NCBI RefSeq assembly: GCF_900162615.1
Contig: NZ_FUFN01000010.1
Location: forward strand, 2,007,557-2,031,556
Direction: 5' to 3'
DNA length: 24,000 bases
Source: Virgibacillus proomii
GTDB taxonomy: Bacteria > Bacillota > Bacilli > Bacillales > Amphibacillaceae
In this document: piece after piece, positions 8,568-18,471 of the stretch
Layout: every line of letters begins with the position of its first letter
Numbering within the stretch: the first letter of the stretch is position 1
The notes under the pieces: generated by a model
What the model saw: the letters and a program-made list of their open reading frames with translations, nothing else
Database searches by the model: none
Told to the model about the DNA's origin: nothing
Position numbers and translations under genes: made by a program

Positions 8568-8612
8568 CTTTCGCCATGAAGACTTGGAGATAAGCCAAGT
8601 TTTTCCAATCTA
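8568..8612. repeat. Palindromic REP-like repeat, family 3, copy C
   Basis: CTTTCGCCATGAAGACTTGGAGATAAGCCAAGTTTTTCCAATCTA is nearly identical to 18538-18581. Core stem ACTTGG/CCAAGT. Confidence 0.75.
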
Positions 8613-9581
8613 ACTGAAATGATTCTTCATCGTTATCGCTCGTTTGACATGGAAATAAACATACATGAATTGACGCTTTTGATAAAATGTTTTTCCTGTT
8701 TTTGAGCTGATATTTACGTTCTGATTCTTTAACCATTTACGCTTTATACCCCCTGATTTATACCAATCTTTTCGAATAATATCGCGATGTGTAATTATTG
8801 GATACACCATTCTTAAATACGGAGCCCTTGGCATAGATAGATGTAAAAAGCGTTCATAATCATAACGAGAACCTGTATGTTCAATACATTTAGCAAATTC
8901 ATAGGTTTGATTGTATACGGTTGGGGAAAAAATAATAGATGCCAGCTTTTTTCCTAATTCAATACGATTCGTTAAGTTTGTAAAATTATGTACATAGCAA
9001 CCATATAACTGCTGAGACATGGTTGGTATGAGTACTGCATTCATTATCAATAAATTTTGCAATAAATATGGCGGTTGACAAAATACACGCTGTTTAAAAA
9101 AGGACTGTTTGATGACAGGAGCTTGAATAACATTTTGCTCATTAATAATCAATGCTTGAACTAAGCGGTCTTCATCTAAGTGTTTCCAAAAATGAAACCA
9201 CTCTTTTACCATATACGTAGATACTTTAAAAGATGACAAAAGGTGAAACAATGGTTTATTATATTGTCTGGATAACTGATAAATCAAAAGCTGTGGAAAA
9301 GCATCGGAAAAGATTAACCAATTTGCTCTTTCATAGGTTATAAATAATCGTTGTCTTTCTTTTGTACCTAATAAATAACGAAAAGGTTCTAACTCTAAAT
9401 CTGTCATATTCCATCCTGCATTTCTGGATACAATACTTGCTAAAAATGCCCATTTTATTTCAGGAAATTGTAAATAAAACGAAAAATACGCTTTCGTTCG
9501 AGAAATATTATCTCGATTATGTTCCTTTGTTTTATTTGTTATATAATGAATGTAGGAGCGTGATAGCAAATCATTACACAT
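8610..9581 (-). CDS. yppC: YppC-family protein (DUF2515)
   Basis: 323-aa protein with SRTKAYFSFYLQFPEIKWAFLASIVSRNAGWNMTDLE. Divergent from recU as in B. subtilis. Confidence 0.8.
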   Translation of the reverse strand: MCNDLLSRSYIHYITNKTKEHNRDNISRTKAYFSFYLQFPEIKWAFLASIVSRNAGWNMTDLELEPFRYLLGTKERQRLFITYERANWLIFSDAFPQLLIYQLSRQYNKPLFHLLSSFKVSTYMVKEWFHFWKHLDEDRLVQALIINEQNVIQAPVIKQSFFKQRVFCQPPYLLQNLLIMNAVLIPTMSQQLYGCYVHNFTNLTNRIELGKKLASIIFSPTVYNQTYEFAKCIEHTGSRYDYERFLHLSMPRAPYLRMVYPIITHRDIIRKDWYKSGGIKRKWLKNQNVNISSKTGKTFYQKRQFMYVYFHVKRAITMKNHFS

Positions 9582-9699
9582 GCTTCGATCCTGCTTTCTT
9601 TTTGTTTTTTAACATGCAGCAAGATGTTTAACTGTATACATTTTTTGAAATGGCATTTTTTTCTTACTAGATATGGTAAAATGCAAGGAGGATTTAAAA

Positions 9700-10281
9700 T
9701 TGAATTACCCAAACGGTAAAAAAAGGAATGGCAGTGTTTCTAATCATCGTCCATATCGGTTTGGAAATCGCGGTATGACGCTTGAAGAAGATATAAATGA
9801 TACAAATACGTATTACTTAGCAATAAAAAGAGCTGTCATTCATAAAAAACCAACCCCTGTACAAATTGTGCGAGTTAATTATCCGAAGCGTAGTGCAGCG
9901 GTTATTACAGAAGCTTATTTTAAACAAGCGTCAACAACAGATTATAATGGAGTATACCGTGAAAAATATATTGATTTTGAAGCAAAGGAAACGAAAAATA
10001 AAACAATTTTCCCCTTAGCTAATATACATGATCACCAAATCGAACATATGAAAGCAGTGGTCGAACAAGGAGGAATTAGTTTCATGATTATCCGCTTTTC
10101 GACACTTGATGAAACTTACTTTTTCCCTGCTGAGAAACTTTTTAAACACTGGAACGTCAAATTAAACGGTGGAAGAAAATCCATTCCGTATCAGACGATC
10201 CAGCAAAAGGGATACCTTATCCCTTTTCAATATAAGGCAAGAGTTGACTATTTAGCAATTATTGATAAGCTTTATTTTTAG
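9700..10281 (+). CDS. recU: Holliday junction resolvase RecU
   Basis: NYPNGK...[30 protein letters not shown]...[22 protein letters not shown]...[13 protein letters not shown]. Likely start is TTG 9700, 8 nt after AAGGAGG, not ATG 9673. Confidence 0.95.
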   Translation: MNYPNGKKRNGSVSNHRPYRFGNRGMTLEEDINDTNTYYLAIKRAVIHKKPTPVQIVRVNYPKRSAAVITEAYFKQASTTDYNGVYREKYIDFEAKETKNKTIFPLANIHDHQIEHMKAVVEQGGISFMIIRFSTLDETYFFPAEKLFKHWNVKLNGGRKSIPYQTIQQKGYLIPFQYKARVDYLAIIDKLYF

Positions 10282-10299
10282 AGACGGAGGAATGAAGCG

Positions 10300-13110
10300 A
10301 TGGCAAATAACAGCCCATCTCGTACAGCGAGAAGAAAACAAAAAAAATCAAAGAAAAAACCTTTATGGAAAAAAATATTCCTTTCTTTATTTATTATTTT
10401 TGTAGTACTAGTAATAGGTGCAAGTGCAACTGCTGCCTATTGGATTGCTACTGCACCAGATTTGGATAAGTCCAAGCTGTCCGATCCGCTTGCATCTGAA
10501 ATACTTGATAAAGACGGAAAGGCTTTTGCAGTTTTAGGAGAAAAGAACCGAACAAAAATTAGTTATAGTGATTTACCACAAGTATTAATTGATGCCGTAA
10601 CAGCGACAGAGGATGCCAGATTTTTTGAACACTCGGGTATTGATTTACGAAGAATTGGCGCCGCGGTTATTGCTAATATTAAAGATGGATTCGGTTCTGA
10701 AGGAGCAAGTACAATTACACAACAAGTAGTAGAAAAATCCTTCTTGTCAGCGGATAAAAAAATCAGCTTGAAGGTTCAGGAACAATGGCTTGCCTTACAG
10801 CTTGAAAGAGATTATTCTAAAGAAGAAATTTTAGAAATGTATTTAAACAAAATATTTTATGGAAGTAATGCTTACGGTGTAGCAGCAGCTGCTGAAACGT
10901 ATTTTGGCAAAGAGGATTTAAATGATCTTACTTTGCCAGAAGCAGCTATTCTAGCAGGTCTACCGCAACGTCCAACGGCCTATAATCCATTTAAAAATCC
11001 AGAGCTTACGAAAGAGAGAATGAATACCGTATTAAAATTAATGGTACGTCATGGCAAAATTACCGAAAAACAGGCAGAAGAAGCTAGAAAAGTGGATATC
11101 CCTTCCCTGCTAGTAAAATCAAAACCTGATTCTACACCTTATGAAGCATTCATTCAGCAAGTGGAAAAGGAAGTAAAAGAAAAGGTTGATGGTGCTGATA
11201 TATATACAGACGGATTAAAAATTCATACGACGATTGACCCCAAAGTTCAAGAACATGTTGAATTTTTGTTAACAGATAGTGAAACTAATCCTATCCCTTA
11301 TCCTGATGATGAAATGCAAGCCGCAATGACTGTGTTGGATACGAAAAGCGGTGCTATTCGTGCAGTTGGCGGTAGACGTAATAGCGAAGGGAAAAAAGAA
11401 TTCAACTATGCGATTGAAGGGAAAACGCAAGCTGGTTCAACCTTTAAACCAATCACAGCTTATGGTCCTGCTATTGAATACAATAAAATATCAACATACC
11501 ATCAGATTAATGATGACAAACCATATCAAATACCTGGCACCAGCAAAACGATAAGAAACTGGAACAGGCAATATAGTGGCTGGATGTCAGCACGAGAAGC
11601 TTTAAATAAATCATTAAACGTGCCAGCAGTAAAAATGCTTGAAGAAGTAGGCTATGATAAAGCGAAGGAATTTGCAGAAGGCTTAGGGATTAAATTTCAT
11701 AAAAATCGTGTGCTAATTGGCGATGCAATTGGTGGTACAGATACAGAGGTTACACCATTAGAATTAGCAGGCGCCTTTCGAGCTTTTGGAAACGAAGGTA
11801 TCTATAATGATCCATATTCTGTAACAAAAGTTGAATTTCCAGACGGAAAAACAGTAGATTTAAAACCGAAAGCAAAACCGGCAATGTCTGACTATACCGC
11901 TTATATGATAACAGATATGTTAAAGACAGCCGTTACAGAAGGTACAGGAACGCAAGCTCATATCCCTGGTTTGCCGATGGCTGGAAAAACAGGTACAACA
12001 AGCTTAGAGAATACAGAAGGAAGTCCGGATGCTTGGTTTAGCGGATATACGACGAATTATACGATTTCTGCATGGGTTGGCGGTTATCATGATGAAAATA
12101 AACGCCGAGCTCCTATACCGGATGGATACACGAAAATTCCTTTGCAAATGTTTAAAAATACAATGACAGAAATATCTAAGGATATTGAAACGAAGGATTT
12201 CGTGAAGCCAGATTCTGTCGTTGAAGTTCAAGTAGAAAAGGGCTCAAATCCGCCTGCAAAACCAAGTAAACATACACCATCAGAAAATATTACTACCGAA
12301 TTATTTGTTAAGGGAACCGAGCCAAAGGGTACTTCAGAGAAATTTGCTAAGCTTGATCCAGTAAGTGGCCTAACTGCCAGCTTTAATAAAGATAATAATT
12401 CAATTGATGTTTCGTGGAATTACGATTCAGATGCAGATGTATCGTTTGAGGTGAGTGCCCAAGTTAATGGTGGCGGTATGCAGCCACTATCAACAACAAA
12501 AGAAAATTCCCTGGAAATTAATGAAGTAGAACCGAATGCAGAATATACCATTCAAGTCATAGCGGTAAGTAATGAAGACGGCTCAAAAAGTGAACCAAAA
12601 ACAACTACCGTTTCTACTGGCGAAGAAAAGGAACAGGAAGAGATACCAGCTGTTGAAGGTTTATCAGCCACATACAATGAATCGAGCTCACTCATTAATG
12701 TTAGCTGGAATTATAACGGTCCACCTGCTTCATTTGAAGTATCTGTAAACGGGCAAGCACAAACTGTGGGATCAAATGGATTAGAAATTAGTGGAGCAAC
12801 TCCGGGAGAGACTTATTCCATCACTGTTACTCCGATTGGAAAAGAGGGAGCGAATGAAGGAAAACGTGGTTCCGCACAAAGTACATCCATTACAGTTCCC
12901 TCTGAGCAATCAGAACCTCCTACCAACGGGAATGAAGAGGATAAACCTGATGATCAGAACGGTAATGTTAATGAGAACAATGATGGCGATAGTGGTAATA
13001 ACGAGGAAAATAACAACGATGGTGATGAACAAGATGACCAACAGAATCAAAATAATCAACAAAACAATCACCAGAATAACCGGAACCGATCAAAAGAAGA
13101 AAATGAATAA
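10300..13110 (+). CDS. ponA: Class A penicillin-binding protein 1A/1B with C-terminal FN3-like domains and an N/D/Q-rich tail
   Basis: Transglycosylase motifs ATEDARFFEHSGID, GASTITQQVVEKSFL and NKIFYGSNAYGVAAAAETYFGK. Transpeptidase SxxK (GSTFKP), SLN and KTGTT motifs. Two FN3-like segments. Confidence 0.97.
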   Translation: MANNSPSRTARRKQKKSKKKPLWKKIFLSLFIIFVVLVIGASATAAYWIATAPDLDKSKLSDPLASEILDKDGKAFAVLGEKNRTKISYSDLPQVLIDAVTATEDARFFEHSGIDLRRIGAAVIANIKDGFGSEGASTITQQVVEKSFLSADKKISLKVQEQWLALQLERDYSKEEILEMYLNKIFYGSNAYGVAAAAETYFGKEDLNDLTLPEAAILAGLPQRPTAYNPFKNPELTKERMNTVLKLMVRHGKITEKQAEEARKVDIPSLLVKSKPDSTPYEAFIQQVEKEVKEKVDGADIYTDGLKIHTTIDPKVQEHVEFLLTDSETNPIPYPDDEMQAAMTVLDTKSGAIRAVGGRRNSEGKKEFNYAIEGKTQAGSTFKPITAYGPAIEYNKISTYHQINDDKPYQIPGTSKTIRNWNRQYSGWMSAREALNKSLNVPAVKMLEEVGYDKAKEFAEGLGIKFHKNRVLIGDAIGGTDTEVTPLELAGAFRAFGNEGIYNDPYSVTKVEFPDGKTVDLKPKAKPAMSDYTAYMITDMLKTAVTEGTGTQAHIPGLPMAGKTGTTSLENTEGSPDAWFSGYTTNYTISAWVGGYHDENKRRAPIPDGYTKIPLQMFKNTMTEISKDIETKDFVKPDSVVEVQVEKGSNPPAKPSKHTPSENITTELFVKGTEPKGTSEKFAKLDPVSGLTASFNKDNNSIDVSWNYDSDADVSFEVSAQVNGGGMQPLSTTKENSLEINEVEPNAEYTIQVIAVSNEDGSKSEPKTTTVSTGEEKEQEEIPAVEGLSATYNESSSLINVSWNYNGPPASFEVSVNGQAQTVGSNGLEISGATPGETYSITVTPIGKEGANEGKRGSAQSTSITVPSEQSEPPTNGNEEDKPDDQNGNVNENNDGDSGNNEENNNDGDEQDDQQNQNNQQNNHQNNRNRSKEENE

Positions 13111-13114
13111 ATTA

Positions 13115-13153
13115 AAAAGAGGTAAACGAGAATACTGCTCGTTTACCTCTTTT
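13115..13153. terminator. Bidirectional terminator between convergent ponA and nth
   Basis: Perfect 16-bp inverted repeat AAAAGAGGTAAACGAG-aatactg-CTCGTTTACCTCTTTT. T-run on the + side; the minus side reads TTTTTAATTTATT. Confidence 0.88.
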
Positions 13154-13796
13154 CTATTTTCATTCGTTTTTTTCCTTCGCGGCATATTTCCAATAACGGA
13201 CATTCTGGACAATTCGGATTTCTGGCTTTACAGTGATACCGACCGAAAAAAATCATACGGTGGTGTGTATCGCTCCACTCTTCCTTTGGGATTTTTCGCA
13301 TCAAAGTCTCCTCAACTTCAAGGACGGAATCTTTCCACCTGCATATACCCAATCGTTTTGCGACCCGTTCAACATGGGTATCAACTGCAATCGCAGGTTC
13401 ATCAAATGCGACAGAGGCTACCACATTCGCTGTTTTTCTCCCTACTCCAGCAAGCTTCATCAACTCTTCTTTGGACTTAGGAACAATTCCGCCATATTCT
13501 TCTAATAACGTTGTACAGAGCTTACGAATATTTTTTGCCTTATTACGATATAAACCAATTGACTTTATATCCTCTTGAAGTTCCTCTAAGGGTACCGCTA
13601 AATAGTCTTCGGGAGTTTTGTATTTCTTAAATAAATCCTTCGTTACTTTATTAACGAGATTATCCGTGCATTGAGCAGAAAGAACAACTGCGATGAGTAA
13701 TTCAAATGGGTTACCATGAACTAATTCACATTGTGCATCGGGAAACATTTTTTTCATCTCATCTAAACAAAATCGAATTTGCTTTTTTGTCAGCAT
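13143..13796 (-). CDS. nth: Endonuclease III
   Basis: AVVLSAQCTDNLVN, HhH LAGVGRKTANVVAS.AFDEPAIAVDTHVERVAKRLG, and the [4Fe-4S] motif CX6CX2CX5C (CPECPLLEIC). Confidence 0.96.
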   Translation of the reverse strand: MLTKKQIRFCLDEMKKMFPDAQCELVHGNPFELLIAVVLSAQCTDNLVNKVTKDLFKKYKTPEDYLAVPLEELQEDIKSIGLYRNKAKNIRKLCTTLLEEYGGIVPKSKEELMKLAGVGRKTANVVASVAFDEPAIAVDTHVERVAKRLGICRWKDSVLEVEETLMRKIPKEEWSDTHHRMIFFGRYHCKARNPNCPECPLLEICREGKKRMKIEKR

Positions 13797-13800
13797 ACTC

Positions 13801-14493
13801 CTACTCTTCCCCTTCTAACCAATTATAATAAAAAGAAGTATCACGCTTTTGACTAGACTGTATACTAGAATTTGCTTTACGCGCATGATATTCTTTACTG
13901 GATCTGCGTGCTTGTTCAACGGATTGAATTCCTTTTTTCATCCATTCTCGTAAAATACGATCAATATACTTAAAGTTTAACTTGCTCATTAGAACTGCTT
14001 CACGTAAACCCGCTTTTATTAAAGCTGGAGAGATTTTATCCTGGTCAAGCCATGCATTAATGGTTTCTATTTCAAAAGGAGAAAGCGGTCTGCCAAACTC
14101 CTGTTCAAATAAAATAAAAATGGTACCTTCCGACGTTTCTTCTTCACTTTGTTGATGATGATTTACCTTAAATAGTTTTTCCCAAAGTGGGTTTAAACAG
14201 TATGCTTCTTTTAGCTTCTGTCCTTGTTCTTCCTGTTGATCAATTGTCAGCATACCTTTTTGAATCAGTCCGCGCAAGATAAGTGCACATTCCTTCTCAC
14301 TCATTGTTACATATTGAGCTAGTTGATCTGGCGTTGGAAAATCAATTCCGTCTTGGATAAAACGCTGTAATTGTAAAAGAAGCATCACTTCTCTTTCATG
14401 GAGCCCCAATGTAGTATACGAAGTTAGTAATTGTGTTGGGACATGTAATTGCTGCAATAATAATTGCTGAATAGAAAACTGTTGCTTCTTCAT
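13801..14493 (-). CDS. dnaD: Primosomal/replication initiation protein DnaD
   Basis: N-terminal winged-helix region (YTTLGLHEREVMLLLQLQRFIQDGIDFPTPDQLA) and C-terminal DnaD fold (FEQEFGRPLSPFEIETINAWL...YIDRILREWMKKGI). Start chosen as ATG 14493 behind GAGGTG. Confidence 0.92.
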   Translation of the reverse strand: MKKQQFSIQQLLLQQLHVPTQLLTSYTTLGLHEREVMLLLQLQRFIQDGIDFPTPDQLAQYVTMSEKECALILRGLIQKGMLTIDQQEEQGQKLKEAYCLNPLWEKLFKVNHHQQSEEETSEGTIFILFEQEFGRPLSPFEIETINAWLDQDKISPALIKAGLREAVLMSKLNFKYIDRILREWMKKGIQSVEQARRSSKEYHARKANSSIQSSQKRDTSFYYNWLEGEE

Positions 14494-14746
14494 AAACTTA
14501 AGCACCTCTTTAAAATATCATGATAAGAACAAAAGCTTAGAAGCGCTCAGTTAGCCATGTGCAAACTGGGAAACTTCTGACAAGTTAAAGTGAAAACTTC
14601 AATCCGTGGAACGCTTTTTACAGGAAATGTTAGTACCGTAAAGGTATGACCTAAAGGCCCATGAACTATTCGGGCATTTAGTTGCCGTTTTCCTTTCCCT
14701 TTGAATTCCTCCATATTCTCTTTAATCTTGAATACATGCGGGCTAG

Positions 14747-14893
14747 AAAAACATGCCGCTAACATAGGGGAATGCATACACCTAAGCGGGCAAGCCTGCT
14801 TTTAGTCGACCTTTCTTAGATTCGAGCAGATGTTAACTTATCAAAGATCTCCAGTTTGTTTAAAGCACGAGCGCTTAAGATAAACGACGCTAC
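14747..14893. repeat. Degenerate interspersed intergenic repeat, family 1, copy B
   Basis: Approximate match to 317-470. Confidence 0.7.
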
Positions 14894-15099
14894 TTTTTCA
14901 ATTAGATAAATTCCTAGATACAAGATAAAACAATCCCTCGCTTATAGAGCAAGGGATTAGCATTTTTTGGAGATGTTATCAAAATGAAGTAAAGATCCCG
15001 TTATATACCCTTAGTTAGCCCGCTGCTGCTAGAGTCATATTAGAAACAGATGTTACTCATAGACGTATGAATTTTTCGCACACATTATGATAGGCAAAC

Positions 15100-16392
15100 T
15101 TAAGGATAAAGCCGATTTAATAAGCGAGGAAATGGTATTGTTTCACGAACATGGTCAACTCCAGAAATCCAAGCAACAGTACGTTCTAAACCAAGTCCGA
15201 AACCGGAATGTGGAACACTTCCATATTTTCTTAGCTCTAAATACCATTGATATGCTTCTCCAGTTAATCCATGCTCTTCGTATCGCTGTTTCATAAGCTC
15301 TAGATCATCAATACGTTGAGAACCTCCAATTATCTCTCCATAGCCTTCAGGAGCAATTAAGTCTGCACATAAAACTACGTCATCTCGTTTTGGATGGGGC
15401 TTCATATAAAAAGCTTTGACATTCTTAGGGTAGTTGGTTATAAATACAGGCTTGTCATAGCTCTCTGCTATTGCCGTTTCATGTGGTGCTCCAAAATCTT
15501 CACCCCACTCTATATCCGTAAACCCTTTTTCTTTTAAGAGTTCGATTGCTTCATCATAGGTAATCCGCGGAAAAGGTGCTTGTACTTTTTCTAATTTATC
15601 AGTGTCACGATCTAACGTATGTAACTCTAATTTACAATTTTTTAGTACACTTTGAACTATGAAGCTTACGTATTTTTCTTGGATCTCGAGACTTTCTTCA
15701 TGCTCTACAAAAGCCATTTCCGGCTCAATCATCCAAAATTCAATTAAATGTCTTCTCGTTTTGGATTTTTCAGCTCGGAATGTTGGCCCAAAGGAAAAGA
15801 CCTTTCCAAATGCCATTGCTGCAGCTTCCATATATAACTGACCACTTTGTGATAAATAAGCTTCCTCATCGAAGTACTTCGTGTGGAACAGTTCAGTAGT
15901 TCCTTCTGCTGATGATGCTGTTAATATTGGTGGGTCAATTTTAACAAATCCATGTTCATTAAAAAATTGATACGTAGCACGAATGATTTCATTACGAACT
16001 TTCATGATGGCATGTTGTCTTTTTGATCGAAGCCATAGATGGCGATGATCCATTAAAAATTCCGTACCGTGTTCTTTTGGTGTGATTGGATAATCATGTG
16101 ATTCGTGAATTAATTCAATATCTTTTACATGCATTTCGTAACCAAATGGTGATCTTTTATCTTCGACTATTTTACCAGTAATGTACATGGAAGATTCTTG
16201 GGTTAAATTTTTGGCCAGTTGGAACGTTTCTTCACTTACATCATTTTTGGCAACCACCCCTTGGATAAATCCAGTCCCATCACGTAATTGTAAAAATGCG
16301 ATTTTTCCACTGGATCGTTTATTCGTAAGCCAAGCGCCGATGGTTACGATTTGGTCATGATAGTTTGGTGCTTGAGAAATAGTTGTTTTCAA
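15100..16392 (-). CDS. asnS: Asparaginyl-tRNA synthetase
   Basis: Class II aaRS with OB-fold ([31 protein letters not shown]), [25 protein letters not shown] and [16 protein letters not shown] start behind AGGAGG. Confidence 0.95.
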   Translation of the reverse strand: MKTTISQAPNYHDQIVTIGAWLTNKRSSGKIAFLQLRDGTGFIQGVVAKNDVSEETFQLAKNLTQESSMYITGKIVEDKRSPFGYEMHVKDIELIHESHDYPITPKEHGTEFLMDHRHLWLRSKRQHAIMKVRNEIIRATYQFFNEHGFVKIDPPILTASSAEGTTELFHTKYFDEEAYLSQSGQLYMEAAAMAFGKVFSFGPTFRAEKSKTRRHLIEFWMIEPEMAFVEHEESLEIQEKYVSFIVQSVLKNCKLELHTLDRDTDKLEKVQAPFPRITYDEAIELLKEKGFTDIEWGEDFGAPHETAIAESYDKPVFITNYPKNVKAFYMKPHPKRDDVVLCADLIAPEGYGEIIGGSQRIDDLELMKQRYEEHGLTGEAYQWYLELRKYGSVPHSGFGLGLERTVAWISGVDHVRETIPFPRLLNRLYP

Positions 16393-16409
16393 AAGAATAC
16401 CTCCTAATG

Positions 16410-17594
16410 CTATGATTGATGCGTTTTGATAAATCGTTTAATTCGATTAGCTGCTTCTTCTAATGCTTCGATCGATGTAGCGTAGGATAAACGGATATTA
16501 TTAGGTGCACCAAAACCAGTTCCCGGAATAAGTGCCACCTTCTCCTCTTCTAATAATGCACTAGCCCAATCATCTACATTTTTAAAGCCATTCGCACGTA
16601 CAGCCTCCGTGACATTTGGGAATAAATAAAATGCTCCTTTTGGCTTAATGCATGTCACTCCTGGTATTTCAGTAATTAACTGATACAGTTTTTCCAAACG
16701 CTCAGAAAAGACATGTTTCATTTTCTCACTGAATTCTCCATCCATCTTATAAGCAGCTAATGTAGCATATTGTGCAATTGAAGTTGGATTGGACGTAGAA
16801 TGTGAAGCTAGGCTAGTCATTGCCTTAATGATATTAGCAGGACCAGCAGCATAACCAATTCTCCATCCAGTCATAGAATGAGATTTTGATACTCCATTTA
16901 CAACGACCGTTTGCTCTTTTAGTACAGGCGATAATTGTGCGATCGATACATGTGGATCTTCTGAATAAATTAGTTTTTCATAAATTTCATCGGAAACAAT
17001 TAAGATATTATGCTTTAGGCAAATTTCCCCTAGCTGCTCGAGTTCTTCTTTGCTATACATCATACCAGTTGGATTGCTCGGAGAATTAATAATAATCGCC
17101 TTTGTTTTATCGGTAATCGCTAATTCCAGCTCTTCTGGAGTAATTTTAAATGCATTTTCTTCTTTTGCAGGCACAAAAACTGGAACCCCGCCAGCAAGCT
17201 TTACTTGTTCTGGATAACTTACCCAATATGGAGCAGGAACAATAACCTCATCACCTTCATTTAAGATGACTTGGAATAACGTATAAAGTGCATGCTTTGC
17301 TCCCGTAGTAACGATAATTTGCTCTTTTTCATAAACAAGATTATTATCTGCTTTAAATTTAGCGATAATCGCTTCCTTTAGCTCGACAATACCACCAGAT
17401 GGGGTATATTTAGTCATCCCTTGCTTCATTGCTTCTTCAGCAGCTTGCAAGATAGATTCTGGTGTATTAAAATCTGGCTCTCCTGCTCCTAAAGCGATGA
17501 CATCATGTCCTTGTTGCTTTAATTCCTTGGCTTTTGCGGTAATAGCCAAGGTAGATGAAGGGGTTAATGTTTTAACTCTGTTTGCTAGTTCCAT
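16410..17594 (-). CDS. aspB: Aspartate aminotransferase (class I/II PLP enzyme)
   Basis: [32 protein letters not shown] and [13 protein letters not shown] motifs. Start taken as ATG 17594 behind AAAGGTG rather than the track's GTG at 17603. Confidence 0.95.
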   Translation of the reverse strand: MELANRVKTLTPSSTLAITAKAKELKQQGHDVIALGAGEPDFNTPESILQAAEEAMKQGMTKYTPSGGIVELKEAIIAKFKADNNLVYEKEQIIVTTGAKHALYTLFQVILNEGDEVIVPAPYWVSYPEQVKLAGGVPVFVPAKEENAFKITPEELELAITDKTKAIIINSPSNPTGMMYSKEELEQLGEICLKHNILIVSDEIYEKLIYSEDPHVSIAQLSPVLKEQTVVVNGVSKSHSMTGWRIGYAAGPANIIKAMTSLASHSTSNPTSIAQYATLAAYKMDGEFSEKMKHVFSERLEKLYQLITEIPGVTCIKPKGAFYLFPNVTEAVRANGFKNVDDWASALLEEEKVALIPGTGFGAPNNIRLSYATSIEALEEAANRIKRFIKTHQS

Positions 17595-17607
17595 TTTGAT
17601 CACCTTT

Positions 17608-18150
17608 CTATTTAAACATTCGTTTTAAACGGTATTGTTCATAACGAGAACCATCATACATATCGAAATAATCGAAGACGTAACGACCCGATGAATCTAC
17701 ATATGTAAGTTCCCAGAGTTCCTTTCCATCAACTAGTGCTGGTGTAATTTTAATAAATTTGCAGGATGAGCATTCTTTTTTCCAATCAGTAAGGATCGCT
17801 TCTTTATTAAGAATTTCTGCTTGGTCCACAGTTGTAAGTTGTTTTTCTTTTCCTTTCAACGGATAAAAAATAATCTTATTCTTTCCTTTTTTATCTTTAC
17901 CATACACTACATGATAAGCATTTTCGCCATTAAACGTTTCAATGTCTGTTACCTCTTTTAAAGAACCAGCTTTTAAAAGCTGCTGCTTTGTTTCTTCATA
18001 TCCTGCTGTTTTGCTATCTAACAAATCCATATATAACACGGTTAAATAAATACCACAAGAAACAATAATAAAAATGATGGCGAAGAGGCTCCACTTTAAC
18101 CATTTAGGATTGGTAAATAGTGAAGATAGCTTGTTCTTCATTTGTACCAT
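17608..18150 (-). CDS. ypmB: Cell wall elongation regulator TseB-like protein (YpmB, DUF5590)
   Basis: N-terminal TM segment, DUF5590-like repeats (ETFNGENAYHVVYGKDKKGKNKIIFYPL), upstream of aspB as in B. subtilis. Confidence 0.85.
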   Translation of the reverse strand: MVQMKNKLSSLFTNPKWLKWSLFAIIFIIVSCGIYLTVLYMDLLDSKTAGYEETKQQLLKAGSLKEVTDIETFNGENAYHVVYGKDKKGKNKIIFYPLKGKEKQLTTVDQAEILNKEAILTDWKKECSSCKFIKITPALVDGKELWELTYVDSSGRYVFDYFDMYDGSRYEQYRLKRMFK

Positions 18151-18274
18151 CCAATGCTAATCCGAACATAAAATCTTGTTCTTTTAAGGTTTTATTTAAC
18201 AAATCAACAATTTTATATAGATCCGGTGAATAGTGAAGCTTTACAGCTGCTAATTTTGTTAAAGAATTCTCCAT
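18104..18274 (-). CDS. ypmA: YpmA family small protein (DUF4264, 56 aa)
   Basis: MENSLTKLAAVKLHYSPDLYKIVDLLNKTLKEQDFMFGLALDGTNEEQAIFTIYQS. CCAGGAGGG ribosome-binding site precedes ATG 18274. The track start at 18382 is probably too long. Confidence 0.85.
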   Translation of the reverse strand: MENSLTKLAAVKLHYSPDLYKIVDLLNKTLKEQDFMFGLALDGTNEEQAIFTIYQS

Positions 18275-18471
18275 CTTTTTCCCTCCTGGATAAAAGTTTC
18301 TTGTTTTATCAAGATCTGTTAGACATAATATGCAGCTTGCTGCAAATGCTAGGTATATGCTGAATGAATATAAATGAAGCATAGTTATAGTATACCAAGC
18401 TTCTTACCAAATTTGTTTTGTTTTTATTTATTTCGGCAAATTTTTTTCTAACCTATACCACTTTATGAATG

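Noticed and set aside
8533-8736. 67-aa minus strand ORF
   Set aside because: Overlaps yppC in another frame and its C-terminus is the family 3 palindromic repeat.
12791-13480. 229-aa + strand ORF overlapping the ponA 3' end and nth
   Set aside because: Shifted frame of the low-complexity AAY/GAY-rich ponA tail running antisense to nth; composition is an artefact.
14547-14777. 76-aa minus strand ORF between asnS and dnaD
   Set aside because: No ribosome-binding site or recognisable family; sits in the repeat-filled gap.
15659-15841. Small + strand ORFs inside asnS, aspB, birA and dinG
   Set aside because: Antisense shadow ORFs of conserved coding genes.
16393-16409. T-box riboswitch upstream of asnS
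   Set aside because: Only 17 nt separates asnS from aspB and no T-box motif (TGGNACCGCG) was found nearby.
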